Source: a virus
Length of the DNA stretch: 64,000 bases
IMG/VR virus record: IMGVR_UViG_3300022700_000177
Coordinates: 1-64,000 of that record
Reading direction: 5' to 3' (one strand)
Shown here: one piece after another, positions 17,677-26,516 of the stretch
How the letters are laid out: each line of letters begins with the position of its first letter
How positions within the stretch are numbered: position 1 is the stretch's first letter
Translations under genes and position numbers: made by a program
The notes under the pieces: model-generated
What the model was told of the DNA's origin: nothing
Databases searched by the model: none
The model's input: only the letters and a program-made list of their open reading frames with translations

Positions 17677-17792
17677 TTCCCTGCTGGAGGAGCTTTGGGT
17701 TTTACCTCCAATTTGACCAGACCTTCTCCAGTCTCTTCCTCCTTCTCCTTGTTGGGGCAGCTTTTGATCGGCTGCCCCAACCCACCTTTATT
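17677..17792 (+). ncRNA. candidate trans-acting sRNA with anti-RBS seed loop
   Basis: directly behind promoter; hairpin 17684-17731 with loop TTACCTCCAATTT; C/U-rich linker; 11-bp GC stem 17751-17781; no credible ORF. Confidence 0.6.
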
Positions 17793-17988
17793 ATCTGCAA
17801 GGTCTCACCATTATTTCCTACAAAAACAAGTGGTACTATCAAAAACCTTTTTTAGGTATCAAAGGTGCCTACCTCTCTATCTACAAGAGAGATTTTTTAT
17901 TAGTCTGGAATTTAATATCAAAGTTTATCTTTAGGAATCCGTCGTCACTCCGCAGGAGCAAGGACATATTCCTGAGAATAGCAAAGTA

Positions 17989-18148
17989 TTTCCTAATAAT
18001 ATTTTGATACCGAAGGTAGGAGCGTTACTACTCACTCCATATTCGCGTAGCGAAGCGGAGCGAATAGGAGTGTTTAACTCCGAAACGTAGCTTCGCGGAG
18101 CGAAGCAGAGTGGAGGAGTTAAGTTTGGGTTTGAATTTATTTAGGAAG
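17989..18148. other. branched hairpin cluster, possible single-strand priming signal of the origin
   Basis: CACTCC..GGAGTG and TTAACTCC..GGAGTTAA arms, each containing GTAGC and GCGAAGC. Confidence 0.45.
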
Positions 18149-18235
18149 GATGGTTTTCCTTATAAAGAACTCTTTCTTATAAGAACTTACCGAAAGGCAA
18201 TCCGCTATTGAAAACATCGAGATACCTTGATCTCA

Positions 18236-18311
18236 TTTACTTCTCAATCATCATTATTTTACTTCTCAATCATCATTATTTTTTCGCCACCTTTACTTCT
18301 CAATCATCATT
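18236..18311. repeat. three 20-bp iterons, putative replication origin
   Basis: TTTACTTCTCAATCATCATT at 18236, 18258 and 18292 (22 and 34 bp apart), followed by AT-rich DNA and the rep gene. Confidence 0.8.
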
Positions 18312-18454
18312 TTTTTTCCTTTTTTTGCCTACAATTACAAAAAAATTATTGTGAATAACCTTTGTAAATAAGCGTTTTTATAAATTAAAATTGAAAATAA
18401 GTATTGCTCTTTATCATTTTTTTATTATTCTTTAGGAATACAAATAAAATTACG

Positions 18455-18483
18455 TTGACAATGTGTAATTTTTAATATATTAT
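18455..18483 (+). promoter_or_regulatory. sigma70-type promoter of rep
   Basis: TTGACA-17 bp-TATTAT. Confidence 0.7.
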
Positions 18484-18507
18484 ATAATAAAAATAAGGGG
18501 GCTTACA

Positions 18508-19278
18508 ATGAAAGAAACAGACTATTTTTCTACAAATTTAAACTTCATAGAATATCCATTATGGGATATTGGTTATGCCAATTCAAACTATCAAACCAGA
18601 ATAATTTATTCAAAAAAAGGTACTTTTAGGAGGTCTTCATCTTTAAAACCACCTACAAGACTTGATTGGTTGTTTCTAAATTATTTATTAAAATCAATAC
18701 AAGGTGAAAAAAATAATAAAGGATTAGCACAACTCAGTTTGTCCCATAAAAATATTATAACAAACTCAGGAATCTGTTATTCCAATGAAACAATAGAAAG
18801 ATTAAGAGATTCCTTAAATAGATGGGCGCATACAACTTTAAAATTTGAAGGGAATTTGTATGAAAAAAATAAGCATGTGTTTATGACTTTCGGTATTATT
18901 TCTAATTGGGAATTTGTCAAAGGTTCAAAAAGTAAAATTTTAATAACCCTTGATAATAAGTTTTTATGGTGGGCTAATGAAGCCCGATATACAAAATCTT
19001 TTGACTTTTCTGTGATGAAAAGAATAAGTAAACCTTTGAATTTGAGGCTTTATGAATTATTTGATTCAAAAAAGTTGTTTTTAAGTCAAGGGAAAATATG
19101 GGAAAACGATGTGGAAATGTTTGGTCAGAAAACAACTATAAACTATAAACATAGCAGTGATGTTGTATTTAAGGTTAAAAGGGCCTTACCAGAAGTTTCT
19201 GAATATCTTGGATTTCAGGTTCTTCATAAAGTTAAAGCCTCAAAAACAGGCAGAAATATAATATTCTTCAGAGAATAA
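18508..19278 (+). CDS. plasmid-type replication initiator (RepA/TrfA/Rep_3-like winged helix)
   Basis: NFIEYPLW, IERLRDSLNRW, FGIIS, LRLYELF motifs; iterons immediately upstream. Confidence 0.65.
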   Translation: MKETDYFSTNLNFIEYPLWDIGYANSNYQTRIIYSKKGTFRRSSSLKPPTRLDWLFLNYLLKSIQGEKNNKGLAQLSLSHKNIITNSGICYSNETIERLRDSLNRWAHTTLKFEGNLYEKNKHVFMTFGIISNWEFVKGSKSKILITLDNKFLWWANEARYTKSFDFSVMKRISKPLNLRLYELFDSKKLFLSQGKIWENDVEMFGQKTTINYKHSSDVVFKVKRALPEVSEYLGFQVLHKVKASKTGRNIIFFRE

Positions 19279-19321
19279 TAAAACATTGTACGGTTGTAAG
19301 GGAGTTAAAACAAAAAGTCTA

Positions 19322-19350
19322 TTGACAATATATAAATAAAAGTATAAAAT
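19322..19350 (+). promoter_or_regulatory. sigma70-type promoter
   Basis: TTGACA-17 bp-TAAAAT. Confidence 0.7.
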
Positions 19351-19385
19351 ATTTCTTTATGTCTTGAAATAAATTGGGGGTATCT

Positions 19386-19553
19386 ATGCTTATAAATTAT
19401 TGGGATTGTTATTACTCATATGCAGAAGAGCAATTAAAAGATGGTAGCCTTGAATGGGTATATTATTGTGATCATCCTAAAAACCCAAGTGAATTTTGTA
19501 TTTGCGATAATCAATGGGGTGATGAAGAGGATGACTGCGAATTTTTGGATTGA
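19386..19553 (+). CDS. small acidic Cys-rich protein (55 aa, not in ORF track)
   Basis: AAATTGGGGGTA leader. Confidence 0.6.
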   Translation: MLINYWDCYYSYAEEQLKDGSLEWVYYCDHPKNPSEFCICDNQWGDEEDDCEFLD

Positions 19554-19585
19554 TAACATAAGTGATAATTGAATTGGAGGTTCAA

Positions 19586-19966
19586 ATGAAAAAAGAGGAA
19601 CTTCGCAAAAGAGTACAAGAAAGGCAACATAAAGATATGGAACCCTGCCCTTTATGTGGAGGAAAAGATTTATCTCCACAAACCCCAATACAAATGGATT
19701 CTGAAGAAATTGATTTTAATGATCCTGATGCAGCAAAAAAACTTTTAGGGTTATATGTTAGGACAATGAAAAATACAGGTGGGTTACTTAAAGGTCCCGT
19801 ATATTTCATATGTAAAAATTGCAGGTTTAAAGGTGGAGAAGTGGATTGCACAGGAAGAACATCAATAGATGTAGGAAAAGACAAAGAAGTTTACAAAAAA
19901 ATGAAACAAGAGTGGAATAAAAAAGCAAAAGCTTCAAGAGGGATTGTTGAAAATGAGAATACTTGA
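19586..19966 (+). CDS. Lar-like Zn-ribbon protein
   Basis: PCPLCGG...ICKNC...EWN; AATTGGAGGT leader. Confidence 0.55.
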   Translation: MKKEELRKRVQERQHKDMEPCPLCGGKDLSPQTPIQMDSEEIDFNDPDAAKKLLGLYVRTMKNTGGLLKGPVYFICKNCRFKGGEVDCTGRTSIDVGKDKEVYKKMKQEWNKKAKASRGIVENENT

Positions 19967-20975
19967 AATATTAGATTCCATAAGACGCTCAATAGAGGAC
20001 AACCCTTCCTTTTATTCGGAAAAAGTGGAAGAAATTTTATCAACTGCCCTCTCAGAAATCCCCGAAGATCAACGAAACCACTTAATTAAGGAAGTACAGG
20101 CCCTTCTTGTCCCTTTTGTCGGAAAAAAAGGTGAAGAGCCAAAAAAACTTAAACGCAGGAAGTTAACTAAAAGGGAAAGATTATCAAAAGTCAAAACCGA
20201 TAAAGAACCAGAAGAGAAAAAGAAACCAAGATTTAAGGAGTTAGAATATCCAGTAAAGAAATGGGTGGACTACTATATAAATCACGCAAAAGCACCAAAG
20301 CATAGAGAACATACAAGAAAAATGAACATGATTATTGCGAGGATTGAGGATTTAATGACGGCTAAATTTAAAGTTTTATCTGGTTTAACTTTTAATTATA
20401 GTTCTTTTTCTTTTGAGGACTTTCAATACTCTGTTGATAATTACAGGAAAGCTGCATTAGATTGGGCTTACAAACCAAGAAACAAACACCATTTGTTAGA
20501 TGAAAACAAAAGACTAATATCACTGGAAGCTTTTATATTCAACCCTAACAACGCCACGAGACCTTCATTATTTATGTACTTTTTAGAAAATCCAGCAGAG
20601 CTTAAACATCAATCAGAGTATCAAGAATTAGTTCAACTTATAATAAATAAATATAGGGAAAGTTTAAAAATAACAAAGGTTGAATTTAATGAGAAAGACT
20701 TAGATTGCTTTAATAAATCAGCTACGAAACTTAAGGAGTTCAAAAAAGACAATGGTATTGAAGTTAAAGACGCTCAACTTGTGGCCTATTTGATAGATGC
20801 TCTTAATAAAAGGTATAAGGATGATTTTTACATAGCTTCATTAGCAAGCCACACCACATTTAACACTGTACTACCAAACTATATGAAGAAATTGAATGTA
20901 ACAACTTCAAAGACAAGGGAAGAACAGAGGAAGAAACAAAGGGAATTTTTCAAAAACAAAAACATTGTAGGATAA
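19953..20975 (+). CDS. hypothetical protein, possible helicase loader
   Basis: long ORF directly upstream of DnaB; function inferred from position only. Confidence 0.6.
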   Translation: MRILEILDSIRRSIEDNPSFYSEKVEEILSTALSEIPEDQRNHLIKEVQALLVPFVGKKGEEPKKLKRRKLTKRERLSKVKTDKEPEEKKKPRFKELEYPVKKWVDYYINHAKAPKHREHTRKMNMIIARIEDLMTAKFKVLSGLTFNYSSFSFEDFQYSVDNYRKAALDWAYKPRNKHHLLDENKRLISLEAFIFNPNNATRPSLFMYFLENPAELKHQSEYQELVQLIINKYRESLKITKVEFNEKDLDCFNKSATKLKEFKKDNGIEVKDAQLVAYLIDALNKRYKDDFYIASLASHTTFNTVLPNYMKKLNVTTSKTREEQRKKQREFFKNKNIVG

Positions 20976-21024
20976 GGGGGATCTGATGCTTGTTACACCC
21001 AAAATGGCTGAATAAGGAAATACT

Positions 21025-22566
21025 ATGGCAATAGAGGTCCGTGCTGTTAATAAGGATTCCTCTTTAGAAAAACAAATCACACTCTCAATACTGACTTCAA
21101 CAGAGTTCTTAAAAAGGATACGTTATTCCTACAACAAGGACTATTTCCAAAATTCAGCAATGGCTTTGATCTCTTATTGGGCCATCGAATTTTTTGACAA
21201 TTACGGGGAAGCCCCTAAAGAAAACATATTTAGAATATTTGATGTAGAAAAGGAGGATTTAGACTCAAGCATTATACCTGTAATAGAAGGTGTATTGCAA
21301 AGAGTTACAAGTCAACAACCAGATGCCTTAGAATACATCCTTGAAAAGACGAAAAGCTATTTTGAGAAAAGGGATCTATTGCTGACAGCAAGGAGAATGG
21401 AAAGTCTTGCAGAGAGAGGTTTGGTTGACAAAGCTAAAGAGGTTAGGTATGACATAACAAAAAGCGTTGAATTGGTACAAGATGACTTTAGGGATATTTT
21501 AGATGAACACACGATTGAGACAGCATTAAATGCGAAGAAGGAAACAACCCTGTTTACGTTTCCAGGGGTTGTTGGCAACATTATTAAGCCATTACGCAGA
21601 GGCGAATTTATAACGTTTCAGGGTCCAGGAAAAAGGGGGAAAAGTTGGTGGCTTGTTTACACAGCAGTACAGGCATTATACCAACGAATACCTTTTGTCT
21701 ATTTCTCATTAGAATTGCCAAGAGAAATGGTTGAGACAAGAATCTATCAAGCTTTGACAGGATTTGTAGATGAATCAGATGATACGGTGTCAGATAAAGA
21801 CGTTTTTCCTGTGTTTGACTGTAACCTCAACCAAACAGATGAATGTGCGAGAAGCGAGCGAACTTGCGATGTTGGGCTTTTATTGGAGGATGGATCAAAG
21901 CCTCCCTTTGGTAATGAGGATAGAAGATACATTCCATGTTCCAGTTGTCGCAACCACCCTGAACTGAGAGAGTTCTTTGAACCTGCAGTTTGGTATGAAA
22001 GAGAATCAAGACCGGACTTATACAACACAAAGAATGTCAAGAGTAAAATAAGAAAACTCAAAACATATTTAAGGGCTTGTGGGGTTGTTGAAAGTTACCC
22101 AAAAGCTTCAGTAACCATTGAAGATATTGAAACCAGATTAAACATTCTTGAATATGAAAGGAACTTTATACCACAAGTTGTAATAATAGACATGCTTGAT
22201 AATACAGCGAAAACTGTTGCAGATCAAAGGGCTGCCACAAATCATATTTGGGAATATGCTGACAGAATATCGAAAGACAGAAAAATTCTTTTTGTAACAG
22301 CAAATCAGGGAGGCAGAGGGGCAGCAAATAAAGAAACACAGACTGAGGATGATGTATTTGAAGATATTAGGAAGCAGCATCATGTGGATGCAATGATTGC
22401 AATTAACCAGTTAAAGAAAGAAAAACTTGAAAAATGTTGGCGTATTGGGATGCTTGCTAAACGTGATGGAATGTTTGACTCATACCACCAAGCACTCGTA
22501 TTGAGTAATTTGAGTGCGGGGCAGGTAAATTTGGATTCAACGTTTTGGTTTTCTTCTGGTGGTTAA
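21025..22566 (+). CDS. dnaB: DnaB-like replicative helicase with Cys-rich insertion
   Basis: Walker A GPGKRGKS, FSLE, VVIID, TANQ, EDIRK. Confidence 0.85.
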   Translation: MAIEVRAVNKDSSLEKQITLSILTSTEFLKRIRYSYNKDYFQNSAMALISYWAIEFFDNYGEAPKENIFRIFDVEKEDLDSSIIPVIEGVLQRVTSQQPDALEYILEKTKSYFEKRDLLLTARRMESLAERGLVDKAKEVRYDITKSVELVQDDFRDILDEHTIETALNAKKETTLFTFPGVVGNIIKPLRRGEFITFQGPGKRGKSWWLVYTAVQALYQRIPFVYFSLELPREMVETRIYQALTGFVDESDDTVSDKDVFPVFDCNLNQTDECARSERTCDVGLLLEDGSKPPFGNEDRRYIPCSSCRNHPELREFFEPAVWYERESRPDLYNTKNVKSKIRKLKTYLRACGVVESYPKASVTIEDIETRLNILEYERNFIPQVVIIDMLDNTAKTVADQRAATNHIWEYADRISKDRKILFVTANQGGRGAANKETQTEDDVFEDIRKQHHVDAMIAINQLKKEKLEKCWRIGMLAKRDGMFDSYHQALVLSNLSAGQVNLDSTFWFSSGG

Positions 22567-22586
22567 AATAACATAAGGAAAGAAAA

Positions 22587-22784
22587 ATGTACTGGAAAAT
22601 AGAACCTTATCATACTAACGAAGCTGATTTCTGTGTTTTACCAGCTGAAGATGACTTAGATCATCAAATAGCTTTAGACTATGCTAAAGAAAGACTTGAA
22701 GAAGTATGGGATCAACTTGGTCCGGGGGAAAAAGCGACTGTGAATATAGAATTATGTGAAGGTGATATGCCTGAAGTAGATTAG
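22587..22784 (+). CDS. hypothetical protein
   Basis: ORF with RBS. Confidence 0.65.
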   Translation: MYWKIEPYHTNEADFCVLPAEDDLDHQIALDYAKERLEEVWDQLGPGEKATVNIELCEGDMPEVD

Positions 22785-22800
22785 GGAAGGAGAAATAATT

Positions 22801-23208
22801 ATGCCATGCATACACAAAGAAGCATTAAAGGCCATTGAAAAAGCTCATAATATGGTAGGCGATTTGGCCGCTGGCCGGAAACGCTGGATTATGACCGTAC
22901 CTGTTCGAGACGATGATACAGACATGATTCTTGCGGATGCTCTCATCAAGGCAAAAGAGGCTTTGGAGTGCAAACCCCGCACGATCACGATTCCGCAGTC
23001 AGAATTGCCAGAACCGATGCGGGAAGAGCCGGCGATAGGGTCGTATTATTTTACATGGAAGAAGCTGGGACTTTCTGTGTGCAAATATAGATGGGATGGT
23101 GATTCATCAGACAAGATGAGACTTAATGCGTGTTTGTCGTTCCACACCGAAGAGGACGCCAGGGCGTGGCGGGACTGGTGGCGAGAGAATGTTATGGGGA
23201 GGGGATAA
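22801..23208 (+). CDS. hypothetical protein (higher-GC accessory gene)
   Basis: PEPMREEP motif; composition shift. Confidence 0.7.
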   Translation: MPCIHKEALKAIEKAHNMVGDLAAGRKRWIMTVPVRDDDTDMILADALIKAKEALECKPRTITIPQSELPEPMREEPAIGSYYFTWKKLGLSVCKYRWDGDSSDKMRLNACLSFHTEEDARAWRDWWRENVMGRG

Positions 23209-23491
23209 CTATGCTATATGCGCACGATAGGGAACGGCCCTGGCCGAAGCCTGAATCTCTATATTATGTTGTCGGCGGTGTAATGATTACAATGTGATAA
23301 GGAGAGTCAAAAATGAACACTGTACCAAAGACGCAACTCACTCCAAAACAGGTACTTGAATTTATTATCCTCGGGATAGAAAAAGGAAACTATCAAGCGG
23401 CTATAGATATAGCCAAGCAGTGTATTGAACAGTTGGACGAAGAGCCTGTTAATGAAAAGCCTGACGAGCATGTGATAGGGAGGGAGTAACC

Positions 23492-23818
23492 ATGCCAACA
23501 GGATATACTTTTGACGAAATACAAGAACTTCGCTTCGAAAACCGCCGCCTTGCCACTCTCTTGGACGAGATCAAGCAGGAGAATGATACCCTCAGATCCC
23601 ATGCGCGAGATGCTGAACAAGCATTTCAGAATTATGGAGAAATCAAACAGGAGAACCAGCAGTTGCGGGAGGCGTTGAAAGTCTACGCAAACAAGAGGAA
23701 TTGGACACGGAATGGGCCTCACTTGAACATATTTACTTGCGATACAAATGGGCCATATATAGCTATAAAAGTCCTGGAGAGGGAAAAGGAGAAGAGCAAG
23801 GGAGGGAGGAAGATATGA
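23492..23818 (+). CDS. coiled-coil hypothetical protein
   Basis: GGAG RBS. Confidence 0.7.
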   Translation: MPTGYTFDEIQELRFENRRLATLLDEIKQENDTLRSHARDAEQAFQNYGEIKQENQQLREALKVYANKRNWTRNGPHLNIFTCDTNGPYIAIKVLEREKEKSKGGRKI

Positions 23819-24072
23819 TAAAGTCAACAGATTTTGAATCAGAAACCGTAGCTTTGGAAAGGTTAATTGATATTTTTAATCAAAAGATGAAAAACAAACT
23901 CATAATAAAACACATGGAAGACAAAAGAGGTTGGGACAATCCCAAATTAAAAGAAGCTATCACTGTGTCTCTTGAAGACCATGTAAGGAAGGCTAAAGAA
24001 GATCCCAGACAATGGGTAGATGTAGCGAATCTTGCTGCTATGCTCTGGAACTTTGGAGAGACTAATGGATAA
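23815..24072 (+). CDS. small all-alpha protein, possibly MazG-like
   Basis: RGW...LEDHV.K..DP..WVDVANLAAMLW. Confidence 0.5.
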   Translation: MIKSTDFESETVALERLIDIFNQKMKNKLIIKHMEDKRGWDNPKLKEAITVSLEDHVRKAKEDPRQWVDVANLAAMLWNFGETNG

Positions 24073-24526
24073 TACAACAAAAGAAGCAATCGAAAGGCTT
24101 AACCCCATAAATGAAGACTTAAAAGCTTTCTTCAAAAAACATGGGGTTGTTACAGGTTCATTTAAATTTGGGGGATTTGTAAAGGGAAAATCTGACATTG
24201 ATATAATTATACCTTACTTTTTAAAAGAAGACGGTTTCTTTCAAGACCTTATTGATAACAAACAAGGTTTTTATATTCCACATGAATATTCAAAAGAAGA
24301 ATTTCGATGTATTTATGTTAAAACAAAAGACGGTACAATACTAAATCTATTGCTTCCACATACAAAAGAGTATTATAATATAATGGTAAGAGCAACAAAA
24401 ATAACGATAGGAATTACAAAGTATTTTGAGAGTATAGGAATAAAACACCCATTTGAACAAAGAGAAACCCGGCTGAGAGTATTTGAATACTGCAAAGATA
24501 TATGTAAGGAGCTAATATGCGAGTAA
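24065..24526 (+). CDS. Pol beta-superfamily nucleotidyltransferase
   Basis: VTGS...SDIDII motif. Confidence 0.65.
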   Translation: MDNTTKEAIERLNPINEDLKAFFKKHGVVTGSFKFGGFVKGKSDIDIIIPYFLKEDGFFQDLIDNKQGFYIPHEYSKEEFRCIYVKTKDGTILNLLLPHTKEYYNIMVRATKITIGITKYFESIGIKHPFEQRETRLRVFEYCKDICKELICE

Positions 24527-24687
24527 GGATGACAATTACTTTGGATGAAAAAACAATTGATGAACTGGATTCTTTTCCGAGAAATCGTGTCAAAAACAAA
24601 TCTGCATTGATTGAGGGGTTGTTAAAAGAGTGGATTAGAAAAGAGAAAAAACTTATAGAGAAAGAGGAGGAGGAAGATGACGAGTGA
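24517..24687 (+). CDS. CopG/RHH regulator (56 aa, not in ORF track)
   Basis: MRVRMTITLDEKTIDELD...NKSALIEGLLKEW; AAGGAG RBS. Confidence 0.7.
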   Translation: MRVRMTITLDEKTIDELDSFPRNRVKNKSALIEGLLKEWIRKEKKLIEKEEEEDDE

Positions 24688-25066
24688 ACAAATCAAAGTG
24701 GGATTGAGGTTTGAAATAAGCTATGCTCATTGGCTGCCAAGACATGGGGGAAAATGTAAAAATCTGCATGGGCACAATGGAATATGTGAGATAGTGTTCA
24801 AACAATCAATAAATTATCTTGATGACGGAATGGTAATGGACTTTTCTTTAATGAAAAACAGATTTGCAGCAGAGATAAAAAACAGATTAGACCATAAATA
24901 TCTTAATGAATGTTTTGATTGGAGACCCACAGCAGAGAACACCGTAATTTTTATCAAAAATGAATTGAAAGCTATGTTGAATTGTAAGGGTACTGATCAT
25001 GTAAAACTCCATAAAGTCAAATTTTGGGAGGATAGGGATTCTTATGCAGAGTGGGAAGATAAGTGA
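24677..25066 (+). CDS. queD: 6-carboxytetrahydropterin synthase
   Basis: AHWL..H.GKCKNLHGH, LDHKYLN, PTAEN. Confidence 0.9.
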   Translation: MTSEQIKVGLRFEISYAHWLPRHGGKCKNLHGHNGICEIVFKQSINYLDDGMVMDFSLMKNRFAAEIKNRLDHKYLNECFDWRPTAENTVIFIKNELKAMLNCKGTDHVKLHKVKFWEDRDSYAEWEDK

Positions 25067-25697
25067 AATTTTTAGATCGTTTGATGGAGAGCATAACCGT
25101 TTTGGAATAGGGGCACCTTCTATCTTTATAAGATTTTATGGCTGTTCCTGCGATTGTTCCTATTGTGACACCAGACAAGTTTCCTTTAAAGAATACACAG
25201 TTGATGAAGTTTTCAAGGATATTGGGAGGCTGAAAGCAAATACCGTTAAGAAATTGACAATTACAGGAGGTGAGCCATTAGAACAACCTAAATTCTTTTT
25301 GGAATTGACAGATTTCTTGAGTTCGCAGAGATATAGCATGACAGTTGAAACAAATGGTAAACATCCAAGAACACCGTATGACCCAAATATTTCATTTGTT
25401 ATGGACTGGAAGATGCCAAGCTCTGGATGTTATGATGAAAATGATTTAACAAATATTTTGACATTAGAAGATGAGGATAGCGTAAAATTTGTGATTGATG
25501 ATCAAAAGGATTTTGAGACTGCTGTTCATTGTGCCGGTTATTTACTTAACCATGAGTTTACAGCAGAACAGATAGTATTTTCTCCAACATATTCCGCAGA
25601 TCATAATAAAGCAAAAATTCTTTCAAATCAGATGATCAGTCACAATTTGCCTTATAGGATCTCTTACCAAATGCATAAAATTATTCATATTAAATAA
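25044..25697 (+). CDS. queE: 7-carboxy-7-deazaguanine synthase (radical SAM)
   Basis: SEIFRSFDGE, CSCDCSYCDT, TGGEP, ETNG, QMHK. Confidence 0.9.
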   Translation: MQSGKISEIFRSFDGEHNRFGIGAPSIFIRFYGCSCDCSYCDTRQVSFKEYTVDEVFKDIGRLKANTVKKLTITGGEPLEQPKFFLELTDFLSSQRYSMTVETNGKHPRTPYDPNISFVMDWKMPSSGCYDENDLTNILTLEDEDSVKFVIDDQKDFETAVHCAGYLLNHEFTAEQIVFSPTYSADHNKAKILSNQMISHNLPYRISYQMHKIIHIK

Positions 25698-25713
25698 AAC
25701 CGTACAGGACCTA

Positions 25714-25753
25714 TTGACTTTATGTTACAATAGTTTTATCATAGTTTCTTCCC
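25714..25753 (+). promoter_or_regulatory. sigma70-type promoter, same class as 17642
   Basis: TTGACT-17 bp-TATCAT followed by AGTTTCTTCCC (AGATTCTTCCC at 17671). Confidence 0.7.
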
Positions 25754-25788
25754 ATCACAAATTTTTAACCCAAACGTAGGAGGCATTT

Positions 25789-26514
25789 ATGGCAATCAAA
25801 GGAGACTTTGAATCAATCAGTCTGAAAAATCTGAAAATGGTTTGTAATGAGCTGAATGATTCTGGACTGGTTGAGAAAAAGAAAAAGGTTGACACCAAGA
25901 AACTGAAGAAAAAGCTCGATCTTATCGAAGGTTTCATTGATGCAATCGAAAGTATCCCAGAGAAATCTGAGGAAGAAACCAAGCTGGAGAAGGAGCACAA
26001 CAAAGTAGTCGAGATGCACAACTCTATCACTGACATCATTGACCAAGCAGAAAACGGGGAAACAGCCGATCCTGAACCTGAGGCTGGAGAAAAAGATGAA
26101 TCTGAGCCTGAGCCTGAGAAAAAGTCTGAGAAGAAGGACAAAGGCAAGGGCAAAGCTAAAGAAAAAGCAAAGCCTAAAGCAGAGAAGAAGGAGAAGTCTG
26201 AGAAAAAGTCTGAAGGCAAAAAGAAGGGCGGGTTGCCCCACATGAACGCTCCCAAAGATGATCTCGGGGCCGTAATTGGTAAAGGAACAAATCTTATCAA
26301 TGAAGAGTTCAAAGCAGGGGCCACTTTTGAGGAGATTGCTGACAAGATTGGTTGCAAACCAGGAAGGGTACGGACTCACTATGCTTCTCTTGTGAAAAGC
26401 GGAGTTGAATTTGAAACCAAAACCCGAAAATATAAATTGATTGGAGGCAAAGAAAAGGATACTGTTTATTGGGTTAAGATCAAAAAGATCCCCAAAAACT
26501 TCAAAAAGGTTTAG
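25789..26514 (+). CDS. highly charged DNA-binding protein with HTH-like C-terminal domain
   Basis: Lys/Glu-rich linker; GATFEEIADKIGCKPGRVRTH core shared with 7882-8454. Confidence 0.65.
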   Translation: MAIKGDFESISLKNLKMVCNELNDSGLVEKKKKVDTKKLKKKLDLIEGFIDAIESIPEKSEEETKLEKEHNKVVEMHNSITDIIDQAENGETADPEPEAGEKDESEPEPEKKSEKKDKGKGKAKEKAKPKAEKKEKSEKKSEGKKKGGLPHMNAPKDDLGAVIGKGTNLINEEFKAGATFEEIADKIGCKPGRVRTHYASLVKSGVEFETKTRKYKLIGGKEKDTVYWVKIKKIPKNFKKV

Positions 26515-26516
26515 TC

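Noticed and set aside
17698-17718. CAAATTGGAGGTA on the - strand as the RBS of a reverse gene
   Set aside because: No start codon at RBS distance (followed by AAACCCAAAGC) and no - strand ORF
17533-17934. 133-aa ORF across the sRNA locus
   Set aside because: Overlaps primase out of frame, has no RBS, low-complexity S/F/L content, and a promoter lies within it
18236-18311. Mini CRISPR array
   Set aside because: Gaps of 2 and 14 bp are too short for spacers; no cas genes; iteron context fits better
21770-22020. Intein in DnaB
   Set aside because: No C-terminal HN-C/S/T junction and too short
23815-24072. dGTP-depleting MazG enzyme enabling full guanine substitution
   Set aside because: Acidic catalytic motif is not convincing; similarity too weak to support the claim
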